From a cyanobacterium endosymbiont of Rhopalodia gibba (GTDB taxonomy: Bacteria; Cyanobacteriota; Cyanobacteriia; Cyanobacteriales; Microcystaceae): a DNA stretch of 64,000 nucleotides. The notes beneath the pieces were generated by a model, which saw nothing but the letters and a program-made list of their open reading frames with translations, did no database searches and was not told the DNA's origin. The stretch covers positions 768,001 through 832,000 of the forward strand of contig CP067995.1 of the NCBI GenBank assembly GCA_045159875.1, read 5' to 3'. Within the stretch, counting starts at the first letter, position 1; every line of letters begins with the position of its first letter. This document shows, in pieces, positions 23,676 to 35,692 of this stretch. The translations under genes were made by a program, and so were the position numbers.

Positions 23676-25274
23676 TTAACGAGCAAGCCAAACAGGAGTA
23701 CGATTAGTTTCGAACTCAACCGGAATAGGTTTAATCAATGATTGCCCTGTCATTTCTTCTGGCTGTGACAATTGTAAGATTTCAAGGATAGTCGGGGCAA
23801 CATCTGCGAGTCGTCCGTTATCTCTGAGTTCAACAACTCCCCCGTGGCCAAAAATTTTCCGCTTTTCTCCTTCAACTATAATTAGGGGAACAGGATTTGT
23901 GGTGTGGGCGGTCCAGGGATTTCCTTGCTCATCAAGCATTAATTCAGCGTTACCATGATCTGCGGTAATTAATGCGGTTCCTCCCATTTTACTAATACTG
24001 GTTAATAACTGTCCTAAACAATTATCAACAGTTTCCACCCCTTCAATTGCTGCCTTGATGTTGCCTGTATGACCGACCATATCAGGGTTTGCATAATTAA
24101 TTACCACCAAAGTGTAAATCCCCTTTTCAATAGCAATACGGGCACGGTTCGTAACAGTCTCTGCCGACATGGCTGGAGATTTATCGTATGTGGCTACCAT
24201 AGGACTTGGTACTAACTCTCGATCTTCTCCTTCAAAGGGATTTTCCGAGCCTCCATTGAAAAAATAGGTAACGTGGGGATATTTTTCAGTTTCCGCAGTG
24301 CGAAATTGTTTTAATCCTTGACGAGCCACTATTTCCCCTAAAACATTATTGAGGTTCTGGGGCTCAAAAGCTACTTCAACAGGGAGATTAGGATCATATT
24401 GAGTAAAGGTAACAAAACTCAGGGGACGAATTTGTTGCCGTTCAAATTCATCGAACTCAGTTGAGGTCAAAGCATAACACATCTGCCGTGATCGGTCGGG
24501 ACGGAAGTTAAAAAAGATTATTCCATCTCCCCGTTCCACCGCACCTGGGGCAATGCGGGTCGGGAGAATAAATTCGTCGGTGATATCTCTGCTATAGAAA
24601 TCTTTAATCACCTCGACGGTTGAGCGGCCATCCCCTATGCCATCTAGAGTTATGACATCGTAGGCTTTTTTGACACGATCCCAACGGCGATCACGATCCA
24701 TCGCATAGTAACGACCACTAAGAGTAACAATACGCCCCAATCCAATTTTCTTGATATAAGACTCAAGTTTTTGAATGACATTTATCCCTTCAGTAGGATT
24801 AGTATCCCGTCCATCAGTAATGGTGTGAATACAAACTTGCTCAAGGGTTTGCTCCTTCGCTAAATCTAATAATCCCAACAGATGATCGAGATGAGAATGG
24901 ACTCCTCCCTCGGAACATAAACCAATTAAATGTAGTTTTCCTTGACGAGAACGAACTTCTTGACAAATTTTTACTAACTGAGGATTTTTTAATAATGAGC
25001 CGTCTTTTACTGAATCGGAGATGCGAACTAATTCTTGAGGAACTATGCGACCAGCCCCAAGGTTCAGATGTCCTACTTCTGAGTTACCCATCTGACCTTG
25101 GGGCAAACCGACATCTTTCCCAGAAGCTTGAATTAGAGTGCGAGGATAAGTAGTCCAAAGGCAGTCCATGACTGGAGTTTTTGCTAGAGCAATCGCGTTG
25201 TTTTCCATCGATGGACGATAACCCCAGCCGTCTAGGATCACCAGTACCAATGGAGATACAGGTGCTTTTGCCAT
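23676..25274 (-). CDS. gpmI: 2,3-BPG-independent phosphoglycerate mutase
   Basis: LVILDGWG, MGNSEVGH, RYYAMDRD, AETEKY, NPDMVGHTG, TADHGNAE. Confidence 0.98.
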   Translation of the reverse strand: MAKAPVSPLVLVILDGWGYRPSMENNAIALAKTPVMDCLWTTYPRTLIQASGKDVGLPQGQMGNSEVGHLNLGAGRIVPQELVRISDSVKDGSLLKNPQLVKICQEVRSRQGKLHLIGLCSEGGVHSHLDHLLGLLDLAKEQTLEQVCIHTITDGRDTNPTEGINVIQKLESYIKKIGLGRIVTLSGRYYAMDRDRRWDRVKKAYDVITLDGIGDGRSTVEVIKDFYSRDITDEFILPTRIAPGAVERGDGIIFFNFRPDRSRQMCYALTSTEFDEFERQQIRPLSFVTFTQYDPNLPVEVAFEPQNLNNVLGEIVARQGLKQFRTAETEKYPHVTYFFNGGSENPFEGEDRELVPSPMVATYDKSPAMSAETVTNRARIAIEKGIYTLVVINYANPDMVGHTGNIKAAIEGVETVDNCLGQLLTSISKMGGTALITADHGNAELMLDEQGNPWTAHTTNPVPLIIVEGEKRKIFGHGGVVELRDNGRLADVAPTILEILQLSQPEEMTGQSLIKPIPVEFETNRTPVWLAR

Positions 25275-25360
25275 AATTATTCACCTACTTAATTTGTTAT
25301 TTTATGCACATTGATGATACCACCGACTTTTAGAATATGCCTATTCTTTAATATTTTTCC

Positions 25361-25398
25361 TAGACAATATTAGCAAATTTATTTGCTAATATTGTCTA
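25361..25398. repeat. perfect inverted repeat, 18-bp arms, 2-nt spacer, in the divergent gpmI/lysC promoter region
   Basis: TAGACAATATTAGCAAAT-tt-ATTTGCTAATATTGTCTA. Confidence 0.9.
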
Positions 25399-25746
25399 TT
25401 TTTACCAAAATATCGATTTCATTGTTGATCGAATCTGCGATATATTTTAAATTAATTAACATACCTTTATGGACTTTTCCTAAAGTAAATTTTGTGCAAA
25501 CTATAAAGTATCTCATCTATAGTACAAAACGTATTTTGGTACATTACGGGAGAAAAAAGAAGATAAATTATCCAAAAAACTGTATTTTACTTAACGTATC
25601 CTAAATTGATGTTTTGTCTAAAATTTTTCTAATAACACTTTCTTAAAGTTTATTCCCAACTCACTTTTATTAAATTTGCTACCCTTAAGGACTAAGAAGA
25701 CTCTATCAATTTAATTAATTCCTCTTTTCCAATTCTAAATACAATT

Positions 25747-27549
25747 ATGAACTTAATTGTCCAAAAATACGGTGGAACTTCTATAGGTTCTGTAAAACGA
25801 GTTCAGACAGTAGCACAACGCATCCACGAAATAGCCCAAAATGGCAACCAAGTAGTAGTTGTGGTTTCAGCTATGGGGAAAACCACTGATATATTAGTCA
25901 AATTAGCTTCAGAAATTACCCCCGCTCCCTGTCGTCGAGAAATGGATATGTTGTTGTCAACAGGAGAACAGGTGTCTATTGCTTTGATGAGTATGGCTTT
26001 GCAACAATTGGGTCAGTCAGCAATCTCCCTAACTGGGGCGCAAGTTGGAATCATTACCGAAGCTGAATATAGTCGCGCCCGCATTTTATCAATTAAACCC
26101 CATCGTATTCAACGCCATTTAGATCGGGGTGAAGTAGTTGTAGTAGCAGGATTTCAAGGGATTAGTAATGGAACTGATTTAGAGATTACTACCTTGGGAC
26201 GAGGGGGATCAGATACTTCTGCGGTAGCTATTGCAGCCTCATTAAAGGCGAGTTGCTGTGAAATTTATACTGATGTCCCTGGCATTTTAACCACAGATCC
26301 ACGTTTGGTTTCTGATGCTCAATTAATGAATGAAATTAACTGTGATGAGATGTTGGAATTAGCCAGTTTAGGAGCTAAGGTTCTCCATCCAAGAGCCGTG
26401 GAAATTGCACGAAATTATGGAATTCCGTTAGTGGTCCGATCAAGTTGGAGTGCTGCTCCAGGAACTCGCGTTATTTCTCCCATTCCTAAGCCGAGATCCA
26501 TTAACGGGTTGGAACTAACCAAAGCAGTAGACGGGATAGAATTTGACCCTGATCAAGCTAAAATAGCCCTATTACGGGTTCCTGACTGTCCTGGAGTGGC
26601 AGCACGGTTGTTTGGGGAAATTGCTAAGCAACGGGTAGATGTGGACTTGATTATTCAGTCCATTCATGAAGGCAATAGCAATGATATTGCTTTTACGGTG
26701 GTCAAAAAGGTATTAAATAAGGCCGAAGCGGTAGCTGAAGCGATCGCTCCTTCCTTAAGAAATTCTCCAACTAACAGTGATGAAGCCGAAGTTCTGATAG
26801 AAAAAGAGACAGCTAAGATTGCCATTGTGGGAGCGGGAATGATTGGACGGCCAGGAATTGCTGCTAAGATGTTTAAAACTTTAGCTGATGCTCAGGTTAA
26901 TATTGAAATGATTGCTACGTCTGAGGTAAAAGTAAGTTGTGTCATTACTTCTAACAACGGTGATCGTGCCATTGATGCTTTGTGTAAGGCATTCGATGTC
27001 AAGTTGTCCAAAATTCCAGTAGGACCTAAAACTGTTAAAGTCTCTCCTCCTGTTCGGGGAGTCGCCCTTGACACAAAACAAGTTCAAATTGCTTTACTTC
27101 ATGTTCAGGATCGTCCGGGAATGGCGGGCAAGATTTTTGGGGCTTTAGCAGACAAAAATATCAGTGTCGACACGATCATTCAATCTCAACGTTGTCGCAT
27201 TGTCAATGGAATGCCCACCCGCGACATTGCCTTTACGGTTGCCCAGGAGGATTTACAAGTTGCCCAGACTTCCTTAGAAATTCTTTCAGATAGCTTTACT
27301 GAGATGATTATTGATACAGATATTGCTAAAGTGAGTGTTGTGGGAGCCGGGATGGTTGGACAACCTGGAATAGCTGCTAAATGTTTTGAAGCTTTAGCCA
27401 AACAAAAAATTAATATTAAAATGATTGCTACCTCAGAAATCAAAATCAGTTGTGTAGTGGCTAGAGCAGAGGGTATCCAAGCATTAAAAGCAGTGCATAG
27501 GGCTTTTGGATTAGCAGGACAAGAAATCCTAGAAGTCTCTGTCGAATAA
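25747..27549 (+). CDS. lysC: aspartate kinase (cyanobacterial four-ACT type)
   Basis: VQKYGGTS, TLGRGGSDTSAV, duplicated ACT pairs. Confidence 0.97.
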   Translation: MNLIVQKYGGTSIGSVKRVQTVAQRIHEIAQNGNQVVVVVSAMGKTTDILVKLASEITPAPCRREMDMLLSTGEQVSIALMSMALQQLGQSAISLTGAQVGIITEAEYSRARILSIKPHRIQRHLDRGEVVVVAGFQGISNGTDLEITTLGRGGSDTSAVAIAASLKASCCEIYTDVPGILTTDPRLVSDAQLMNEINCDEMLELASLGAKVLHPRAVEIARNYGIPLVVRSSWSAAPGTRVISPIPKPRSINGLELTKAVDGIEFDPDQAKIALLRVPDCPGVAARLFGEIAKQRVDVDLIIQSIHEGNSNDIAFTVVKKVLNKAEAVAEAIAPSLRNSPTNSDEAEVLIEKETAKIAIVGAGMIGRPGIAAKMFKTLADAQVNIEMIATSEVKVSCVITSNNGDRAIDALCKAFDVKLSKIPVGPKTVKVSPPVRGVALDTKQVQIALLHVQDRPGMAGKIFGALADKNISVDTIIQSQRCRIVNGMPTRDIAFTVAQEDLQVAQTSLEILSDSFTEMIIDTDIAKVSVVGAGMVGQPGIAAKCFEALAKQKINIKMIATSEIKISCVVARAEGIQALKAVHRAFGLAGQEILEVSVE

Positions 27550-29109
27550 TTTAGATAATTGAAGTAATAACGGCACAAATCTAAATCCTTGAGTTGACTA
27601 TTAGGCTTTTATGTAAAGTAGTTCTTGGAACGAGATTATTGCTATATAATCAATTGAAGTAACTTATCTCAAGTTTATATGAAGCTAATTACCTACAATT
27701 GAAGTAAATGAGTTTAACTAAGTATTTTACAGAAAAATAGTTAAATAAAGAACAGAAGAACGGTTGGAAGATACCCGACTTAGTAGCAAAGCAATTACGC
27801 TAATAAATTAGAAGAACGAACACGATCAAAGTTGAATTTGACCTCAAAAAGATCCTACAAAATGGAAATTAAGAATAGAAATGTTATCCTTAAATATAAA
27901 GAAATAAAGATTTTAAGAAATCTAGATTAGATGAGTCTATCAGAAAATTTAATTTTAAAAACAATTTTTAGATATATTTTTTAAGAGCAAAAAAAAAATT
28001 CTCCACAAGGTAGAAGAAAAAAACTTGCAAAGAATAAGATATCTTAAAGAGTTATCATGAAAAGATGAAATAATTCATAATAGCCAACAATTGTCTAAGA
28101 TTTTCAAAACTCTGAAATAAGTAAAATTAACTTTAGGAATAATCTGTACTTTTATAAAAAAAGTGATAACAAAAATACAATATTTTAAAAATAACCTAAA
28201 AAACAAACAATTATAGAGAAAATAGATATTGTATTGAATAATATCTATTTTCTCTATAAACTTATAGTACAGTCCTAAATTCAATAGAAAGAAAGTAACA
28301 TCAAATAAAAGCTTATAAAATTGTTAGAAAGATATTGGAAGATCAATATGATTTGTCTAAAATAGTTAAATGATAGTATTTTACGTTAGTTACAGAATAT
28401 TTTTAATACAGGTTTCATTGTCAATCAATGAGTTAAAATATGACAAAGTTGACGATTACCATAAATAATAAATACCAATAATCAAGACTATATCTCTTTT
28501 TAAGAAACCCCTATGAAGTAAACTTTCTCTTACTTTATATTCTAAACTAAGAGAAGGGTTTTCAGATAACTAGGTATAAGTTATTAGTTGCTCTTTAACT
28601 GTTTTGGTCAAAAAGTGCTTATAATTTTTTTTTGTCCCCAACATAAAATTAATTAAAATTTTTAAAAAAATATTATTGAGTGCTAGGGACGGTCAGTTCT
28701 GACATTAGAATTGTCTTTATTAATCGTTTGAATATTTTGTTTAGATACATTTTTAGTGTAAGATGTGTAAACCAATAATGGACTCGCTTTTAGGGGCGAT
28801 AATATCGAATGTAACACCCGTATTAATGGTTTATACGTTTTTAAATTAAAAGTAATCTCTTGTTCAGGGTTATTGAAGGTAAATAACTGTTGAATGACAA
28901 AAGATAATTCTAAGATGACACTTACACTTTGTTTTGGTTTTCACTTTGCATGGACAGTCTTTCCCAAGACTCGGATAGTGAATCAAAAAAGAATCCGCGA
29001 GGACTAATTGTTTTCAAAAAAAGTTTGATTATTTTTCCCTAATCACTGTAAATAAAGTCAATATTTCCACTCACACTATTTATTATCTTCTCAACTATTG
29101 AGCAGATAT

Positions 29110-29620
29110 GGAAGGGAAAGAATTAACTATGGTTAATAATGGCTTAATTTTTGGAAAAAAGATAACCTAATAGAGGAACTCCTAGAAGAATATCTTAATT
29201 GTCGCGATTGCACTATTTTAAAGTAGTGTTGAGGGCTCGGACAGCAATATCTTCACTAAGAACTGGACTATTTTCCTCAAACCAACCAATAATTCGCTCT
29301 AACTAATATTTAAGGAAAAGATAAACCTATTCTAATAAAATCTCATTCGTACAGCTTGCTTTAAACTTTGATGGAGTGTTAACTGCTAGTTAAGTCTGAT
29401 TTTCGCAGTTAGGGGACGCTGTTAGACTAGTGAAGACGATTTAAGCAGTTTTAGGAAAACTGACAGTAAATACTGTTTTTCGCTTAATATTTTGATAGGT
29501 GTAATAGCAAGAGATACAGATGAAACCCAAATAATTACCTCACCCCAATTGTATGTCCATGTGTTTAGGGACAAAATCATAGCTTCCATCGTGTTTTTGC
29601 GTCCCTATTCTTGACAATTA
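29110..29620 (-). pseudogene. flavin-reductase-like protein remnant
   Basis: IGTQKHDGSYDFVPKHMDIQLG*GNYLGFICISCYYTYQNIKRKTVFTVSFPKTA*IVFTSLTASPNC ... LERIIGWFEENS ... PLLGYLFP, with in-frame stops. Confidence 0.5.
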
Positions 29621-29915
29621 CTGGAGGAGCAATAAAAAAAATAATCAAATAAAGGTTAATTTAGAGCAAGATTGATTGTCATCAATCTTGATTGGATGAT
29701 AATTGGTAAATTTAACTATCTTATTCGCCTTTCCTAAATAAGAAACTTAACAAGTTTGACTTAAAAATCAATCAAATCAATAATAGGTAACATTATAGAC
29801 GTGATTAAAATGGTGTAGTTTACTAAACTATTGATAATTTTTTAAGAATAACTAGCTATCAGCATAAAAGCTTTTAGTACTTTTAATTAATCTTTATTCT
29901 TAACCATTAAATACT

Positions 29916-31715
29916 ATGGAAATTGTTTTCACATTAGGGGTTGTTGTCTTCGCATTAATTCTATTTATTGGTGAACGATTTCCTCCTGATACAACAGCTA
30001 TTACTATTGTCGTAATTCTGATGCTTTCAGGAATAGTAACTCCTGAAGAAGGTATTGCTGGGTTTGGAAATTCTGCAACTATCACTGTCATGGCAATGTT
30101 TATTCTAAGTGCTGGAATCACTCGCACTGGGGCACTTCAAATAATACAAGATTGGCTCATAAAGTGGGGCGGAAAAAGCACTAATCAAAATATTTTTATC
30201 CTCGGAATTATTGTGGGTCCAATTACAGCTATTATTAATAATACAGCTGTAGTTGCTATATTTTTACCTATGATTGAAGAGTGGAGTAAAAAGAAAAATA
30301 TCTCTTCTTCTAAATTAATGATTCCTTTGTCTTATTGTTCAATATTAGGGGGAATGTTAACTCTTATTGGCACCTCAACAAATATTTTAGCTAGCGGACT
30401 ATCTAAACAATTAGGATACAAAGAATTTGGGTTATTTGAACTTAGTAAATTAGGGTTAATAACTTTCATAATTGGCTTAAGTTATTTAGTGATTATTGCT
30501 CCTAAAATTTTACCTGACCGTAAACCTCCTAATAGTAGCTCATTGGGGGAAAGTTATAATCTTAAAGATTATGTGAGTGAAGTTGTTATTACACCTCGTT
30601 CAAGTTTAGTTGGACAAACTCTTCATCAAAGTAAAATTCAGAGAAAGTTTGATTTAGATGTTCTTGAAATCATTCATAATGATACCCGTTTTCCTCAACC
30701 GTTAGCTGATAAAATCATTTCAGTAGGTGATATATTACTAATTCGAGTAAATAAAGGAGATTTACTAAAAATCAAAGATGAGAAAGGAATTGAAATTTTC
30801 CCAAATGTTCAATTCAACAATGAAAGTATTGAAGAAGAAATTAACACAGGCGAAGAGAAAGTAGCTGAGATATTAATTCTTTCTAACTCTAGTTTAATTG
30901 GTTCTACCTTAAAAGATATAAGATTTCGTCAGCGCTATAATGCTACGGTTCTAGCAGTTCGTAGAGGAGAAGAATTAGTAAGAGAAAGATTGGGGAAAGT
31001 CCCTCTAAAATTCGGAGATTTATTGTTAGTTCAAGGTCCTAAACAAAGTTTTATTGGTTTGCAAACAACTCGAGAAATGTTAGTCTTAGAAGAACGAAAT
31101 TTAGAAACAATCAGACAAGATAAAGCTTGGACTGCTTTAGGAATTATAAGTGGTGTAATTATCCTAACTGCTGTCAATTTACTACCTATTTTAGTTAGTA
31201 GTTTATCAGGGGTTTTAATGATGATTTTTACCCGGTGCTTAAAACCGGGAGAAATTTATGGTTTTGTCCGGTGGGATGTCATTTTTCTTTTGGCAGGATT
31301 ACTCCCTCTAGGAACTGCCATGAATAAATCGGGAACAACCGAATGGTTAGCCAACCATTTAGTTAATTTAGGGGAAAATATATCAGGATATTGGATATTA
31401 ACATTCTTCTTTTTAATTACCTCAATACTTACGGAAGTTTTGTCAAATAATGCTTCTGTTGTTCTTATGTTCCCTATCGCAGTTCAAGTTGCTGAAACCT
31501 TAAACCTAAATCCCTATGCTTTTATGTTTGCTGTAACCTTTGCTGCTTCTAATAGTTTTACAACCCCTATTGGCTATCAAACTAATACAATGGTGTACAC
31601 TCCGGGGGGCTATCGCTTTTTAGATTTTGTAAGGGTTGGTGGACCAATAAATCTAATGATGGTCATTTTTGTTCCCATTTTAATTATGCATTTATACGGT
31701 CTTGAAATTCAATAA
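29916..31715 (+). CDS. SLC13/DASS family permease with two TrkA-C domains (Na+/sulfate or carboxylate symporter)
   Basis: LGGMLTLIGTSTN, two TrkA-C repeats, SNNAS, TPIGYQTNTMVY. Confidence 0.9.
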   Translation: MEIVFTLGVVVFALILFIGERFPPDTTAITIVVILMLSGIVTPEEGIAGFGNSATITVMAMFILSAGITRTGALQIIQDWLIKWGGKSTNQNIFILGIIVGPITAIINNTAVVAIFLPMIEEWSKKKNISSSKLMIPLSYCSILGGMLTLIGTSTNILASGLSKQLGYKEFGLFELSKLGLITFIIGLSYLVIIAPKILPDRKPPNSSSLGESYNLKDYVSEVVITPRSSLVGQTLHQSKIQRKFDLDVLEIIHNDTRFPQPLADKIISVGDILLIRVNKGDLLKIKDEKGIEIFPNVQFNNESIEEEINTGEEKVAEILILSNSSLIGSTLKDIRFRQRYNATVLAVRRGEELVRERLGKVPLKFGDLLLVQGPKQSFIGLQTTREMLVLEERNLETIRQDKAWTALGIISGVIILTAVNLLPILVSSLSGVLMMIFTRCLKPGEIYGFVRWDVIFLLAGLLPLGTAMNKSGTTEWLANHLVNLGENISGYWILTFFFLITSILTEVLSNNASVVLMFPIAVQVAETLNLNPYAFMFAVTFAASNSFTTPIGYQTNTMVYTPGGYRFLDFVRVGGPINLMMVIFVPILIMHLYGLEIQ

Positions 31716-31818
31716 ACGCTGGAGCAGGATGAAACAGTTAAATTATGTACTAAATTACATAGCCTGTTAGATTCTGACGTCTCTAGTAAATATTTACCAG
31801 TAAACAGTTATTTAGCTT

Positions 31819-33165
31819 ATGTCATCTTCTTTTGTTACTCTCAAAACAATTGCTAATCATCAAGATTTAATTATTGATCTCCAGTCTTTAGAATTAGCTC
31901 TAGAAGGAACTCTTAAAATTCCTGGGGATAAGTCGATTTCCCATCGCGCCTTAATATTGGGAGCGATCACTCAAGGGGAAACTATCATTGAAGGATTGTT
32001 ATTAGGGGAAGATCCTCGCAGCACTGCTGCTTGTTTTCGAAAAATGGGGGCTGAAATTTCTCCCCTCAACAGTGACCGCATCACTGTCAAAGGGGTAGGA
32101 CTAGCAAAGTTACAAGAACCTCTAGATGTCCTTGATGCTGGCAATTCAGGAACAACTATGCGGTTAATGTTAGGGTTACTAGCTTCTCATCGAGGTCGTT
32201 TTTTTTGCATTACGGGGGATAATTCCTTGCGATCACGTCCCATGTCCCGTGTAGTTAAACCCTTGCAGAAAATGGGAGCGAAAATTTGGGGGAGAGATAA
32301 CAATTCCTTAGCTCCCCTTGCCATTCAAGGACACAATCTAACCCCCATCCATTACCATTCTCCCATTGCATCAGCTCAAGTTAAATCTTGTATTCTTTTA
32401 GCAGGACTGATGATTGAGGGGAAAACCACAGTCACTGAACCTGCTTTATCTAGGGATCACAGCGAACGAATGCTACAGGCTTTTGGGGCAACTTTAGAGA
32501 TCGATCCGTTGACCCACAGTGTAACCATTACAGGAGGAACTCCCCTAACTGGACAGAAAGTGGTAGTTCCCGGAGATATTAGTTCCGCCGCCTTTTGGTT
32601 GGTTGCTGGGTCCATTGTTCCACGGTCAGAATTAGTTATTAAAAATGTGGGGGTTAACCCAACTCGAACCGGTATATTAGAAGTATTGGCAATGATGGAA
32701 GCTGATATTACCCTCGAAAATCAACGAGTAGTTACAGGGGAACCTGTGGCAGATTTACGGGTGAAACAAAGTTCTCTGAAAGCTTGTGTGATTGAAGGAA
32801 AGATTATTCCCCGTTTGATTGATGAAATCCCTATTTTGACGGTGGCAGCGGTTTTTGCCCAAGGGACAACTATCATTAAAGATGCGGCAGAATTGCGGAT
32901 TAAAGAAAGCGATCGTTTAGCAGCCATAGCCTCTCAATTAAACTTTATGGGGGCTAAGATTACGGAGTTACCCGATGGCTTGGAAATTGTTGGGGGAACT
33001 CCCTTAATAGGGCATGAATTAGATAGTTATACAGATCATCGCATTGCTATGAGTTTAGCGATCGCCGCTCTCATGGCTAAGGGACCAACCACCATTCATC
33101 GTGCACAAGCGGTGGCAGTTTCCTACCCCCAATTTGTAACTACTCTGCAACATTTGATCAAATGA
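31819..33165 (+). CDS. aroA: EPSP synthase (class II)
   Basis: [40 protein letters not shown]. Confidence 0.98.
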   Translation: MSSSFVTLKTIANHQDLIIDLQSLELALEGTLKIPGDKSISHRALILGAITQGETIIEGLLLGEDPRSTAACFRKMGAEISPLNSDRITVKGVGLAKLQEPLDVLDAGNSGTTMRLMLGLLASHRGRFFCITGDNSLRSRPMSRVVKPLQKMGAKIWGRDNNSLAPLAIQGHNLTPIHYHSPIASAQVKSCILLAGLMIEGKTTVTEPALSRDHSERMLQAFGATLEIDPLTHSVTITGGTPLTGQKVVVPGDISSAAFWLVAGSIVPRSELVIKNVGVNPTRTGILEVLAMMEADITLENQRVVTGEPVADLRVKQSSLKACVIEGKIIPRLIDEIPILTVAAVFAQGTTIIKDAAELRIKESDRLAAIASQLNFMGAKITELPDGLEIVGGTPLIGHELDSYTDHRIAMSLAIAALMAKGPTTIHRAQAVAVSYPQFVTTLQHLIK

Positions 33166-33225
33166 GGACTGCAGAACGAGCAGTACCGGACCTATAATCA
33201 ACTCTGAGCATATCCACTTTCATAA

Positions 33226-33261
33226 AAATAGACCTAACCATAATTATGGTTAGGTCTATTT
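33226..33261. terminator. 36-bp uninterrupted palindrome between convergent aroA and rpmA; probable bidirectional terminator
   Basis: AAATAGACCTAACCATAA|TTATGGTTAGGTCTATTT, no spacer. Confidence 0.7.
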
Positions 33262-33291
33262 ACTGAGACCATTATTTTACCCTATAGCAGC

Positions 33292-33555
33292 TTATTCAGT
33301 CGCTACAGGGTAAATGCTTACTTTTTTTTGACTACGGGTTTTATGCTCGAAAGTGACAATTCCATCAATTAAAGCAAAGAGGGTATCATCACTACCACGA
33401 CCGACGTTATTTCCTGGATGAACTCTAGTTCCCCGTTGACGAATTAGAATATTTCCGGCTCTAACAATTTGACCCCCATACCGTTTAACCCCAAGTCTTT
33501 GCGCTTTTGAATCACGACCATTTCGTGTACTACCTGTTCCCTTCTTGTGAGCCAT
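33292..33555 (-). CDS. rpmA: 50S ribosomal protein L27
   Basis: [16 protein letters not shown]. Confidence 0.98.
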   Translation of the reverse strand: MAHKKGTGSTRNGRDSKAQRLGVKRYGGQIVRAGNILIRQRGTRVHPGNNVGRGSDDTLFALIDGIVTFEHKTRSQKKVSIYPVATE

Positions 33556-33599
33556 TTTTTCCTATCCTTTTATTATGAAGTTATTTCCATTTTAGAAGT

Positions 33600-34007
33600 C
33601 TATCCTTCCTCAGTGACGCTTATCACTCTAGGAGTAATAATTTCCGTCGTAACCCCTGGTACACCTTCTGGGTTTTCTCCGATGACTCTATCATTAATCT
33701 TAATAGCGGTAATCATCAAGCGAGACAGTTCTTGGCGATGTCCTCTTTTTTTCCGAGTCTTCTTTTTAGGACGCATTTTATAGACAATAATTTTACGTCC
33801 CCGCCGATGTTCCAGAATCTTTCCTTCAACGATCGCACCTTCAACAAAAGGCTGCCCTATCCTAATTTCTTCCTTATCGTTGACCAATAAAACTTTATCA
33901 ATAGTGTAGGAGCTGTCAGGATCAGCTCCAAGATAATTTATATCGTAAAAACGACCCGGTTTAACACGAATCTGTTGGCCGCCGATCTCAATAATAGCGT
34001 AACTCAT
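33600..34007 (-). CDS. rplU: 50S ribosomal protein L21
   Basis: YAIIEIGGQQ, KMRPKKKTRKKRGHRQ. Confidence 0.97.
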   Translation of the reverse strand: MSYAIIEIGGQQIRVKPGRFYDINYLGADPDSSYTIDKVLLVNDKEEIRIGQPFVEGAIVEGKILEHRRGRKIIVYKMRPKKKTRKKRGHRQELSRLMITAIKINDRVIGENPEGVPGVTTEIITPRVISVTEEG

Positions 34008-34146
34008 ACTTAAATAAATTGTCCTTTTTTTAGTTGCCGTACAGGTAGCAGAGTTAGGTCTTGCCTATTTATTTTCATCTATTCTGCTTTTACATCGATG
34101 TCTTAACCTGATCCGAGCATGGATGATTTAGACACACTTGCTTACT

Positions 34147-34175
34147 ATTATCTAGGATTTAACTATTTATGTCAA
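34147..34175 (-). promoter_or_regulatory. sigma70-type promoter for rplU-rpmA
   Basis: TTGACA (34175-34170), 17-nt spacer, GATAAT (34152-34147) on the minus strand. Confidence 0.5.
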
Positions 34176-35032
34176 TCTTATAAATAAAAAAAATAACTAA
34201 CAATGATTAATTAAAATACTTATAATTCACCAATACTAATATTAAGTCATTTATACTTTTTTGTCAGTGAGCCATTTTTTCTACTTTTGATAGATTTTAA
34301 TTCTTCACATAAATTCAGAAAGTTCTTTAGGTTGCTTACTATTTTTTGAGTAAATATTCGTGGCGAATAGCCAAAATTACTTGATAGGATTAAAACTGCT
34401 TAGGAAACCAGCCAATAAATTTATCGAACTTAATGTAAGTCAGTCTGTATTGATAGACAATTCTTACACATTGACGAATTAAAAAATGAGTTTTCGAAGG
34501 TTTTCTATATTCAGGAAGACTAATAATATTTTTCAGTTACTGATAAATTCCGTAATTGAGATTTAGTAATAAAAATATACCTTTCATATTTTTCGAATTT
34601 TTATCACTAAAACTTTTAAATCATATCGGGAATAACTTATAGACTGAAATAATCAGCTAATCGACATCCCTTATCCCTTAGATGGCAAAAGAAATCCCAA
34701 CCAAATTTTTATCGGTAATTTTTATAACTTTTAAAATGTTCTGCATTAAAATTTAAATTCTTTTTTCTCTTAATTCTCAATTTAAAGAATTACGATAGAC
34801 AACTGTCTTTGTGTATTCTGTCAAGAAAATCTAGCATTAGTATACGCAGTTAATAACTTTTAAATAAGTTTATGAAACTATCATTTCAATATCCTATAGT
34901 AACAGGAAAAGTCAAGTTAAAATTTATGAAATTTTTCTTTATTCTAATTAAAAATATGTTTTTTAAACAGATCAACAGTAATGCCATCATTAAGACCTAA
35001 TGAAGTAAGATTCATTTTGAAAAATACAACTA

Positions 35033-35073
35033 CGCTTACACGAAAGGGGAAGCAAATCCTTTGCGTGTGAGCG
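35033..35073 (-). terminator. stem-loop downstream of ndk
   Basis: CGCTTACACGAAAGG...CCTTTGCGTGTGAGCG imperfect GC-rich hairpin ~50 nt after the stop. Confidence 0.5.
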
Positions 35074-35119
35074 AGTTTATTATAAATCAATTCAAAACAG
35101 GGGTAAACAGATTCTTCAA

Positions 35120-35569
35120 CTACTCATACAACCAAGGTGTTATAGTAAGTTCCCAACTGCCCAATTCTTTCTTATTAAACCAGAGACTAATTTCTTTTTG
35201 AGCAGTTTCAATAGCATCAGAACCGTGAATCAGATTACGTTCAATACTTATTCCATAATCCCCCCTAATGGTTCCTGGTGCAGCCGTTAGGGGGTTTGTT
35301 GCTCCAATAACAGTTCTAGCAGAAGTTACTACCCCTTTTCCTTGCCACACCATGGCTACTACTGGCGAAGAACAGATAAATTCTACTAAACTGCTAAAAA
35401 AAGGTCGTTCTTTATGAACATCATAATGTTCTTCAGCTAATTCCTTAGAGACTTGCACAAGTTTTAGTCCTACAAGGGTAAAGCCTTTAGCTTCAAAACG
35501 ACTGATGACTTCTCCAATTAAGCCACGTTGTACTCCATCGGGTTTAACCATAACAAATGTCTGTTCCAA
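35120..35569 (-). CDS. ndk: nucleoside diphosphate kinase
   Basis: [32 protein letters not shown] start with AGGAG RBS. Confidence 0.97.
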   Translation of the reverse strand: MEQTFVMVKPDGVQRGLIGEVISRFEAKGFTLVGLKLVQVSKELAEEHYDVHKERPFFSSLVEFICSSPVVAMVWQGKGVVTSARTVIGATNPLTAAPGTIRGDYGISIERNLIHGSDAIETAQKEISLWFNKKELGSWELTITPWLYE

Positions 35570-35692
35570 TGCTAACTCCTTTTTGTTTGCCTAATTTAAG
35601 AATGCCTGTAAAACACTTAACTAGTTTACCTTTGTGGGTTAACAACGATCAACAATCGATAAAATGATCTTTTTGAACAGGAATTATCCTTA

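Noticed and set aside
27550..27720. Three copies of AATTGAAGTAA (~27557, 27652, 27698), superficially like CRISPR repeat ends (ATTGAA)
   Set aside because: Only 11-12 bp, irregular spacing, no full-length repeat and no cas genes
34267..34281. 15-nt match (GTGAGCCATTTTTTC) to the rpmA start region at 33547
   Set aside because: Short, contains a homopolymer, and similarity does not extend
34260..34900. Possible kaiA relic divergent from rplU (kaiABC neighbours rplU in some cyanobacteria)
   Set aside because: No convincing KaiA motif recovered in any frame by manual translation
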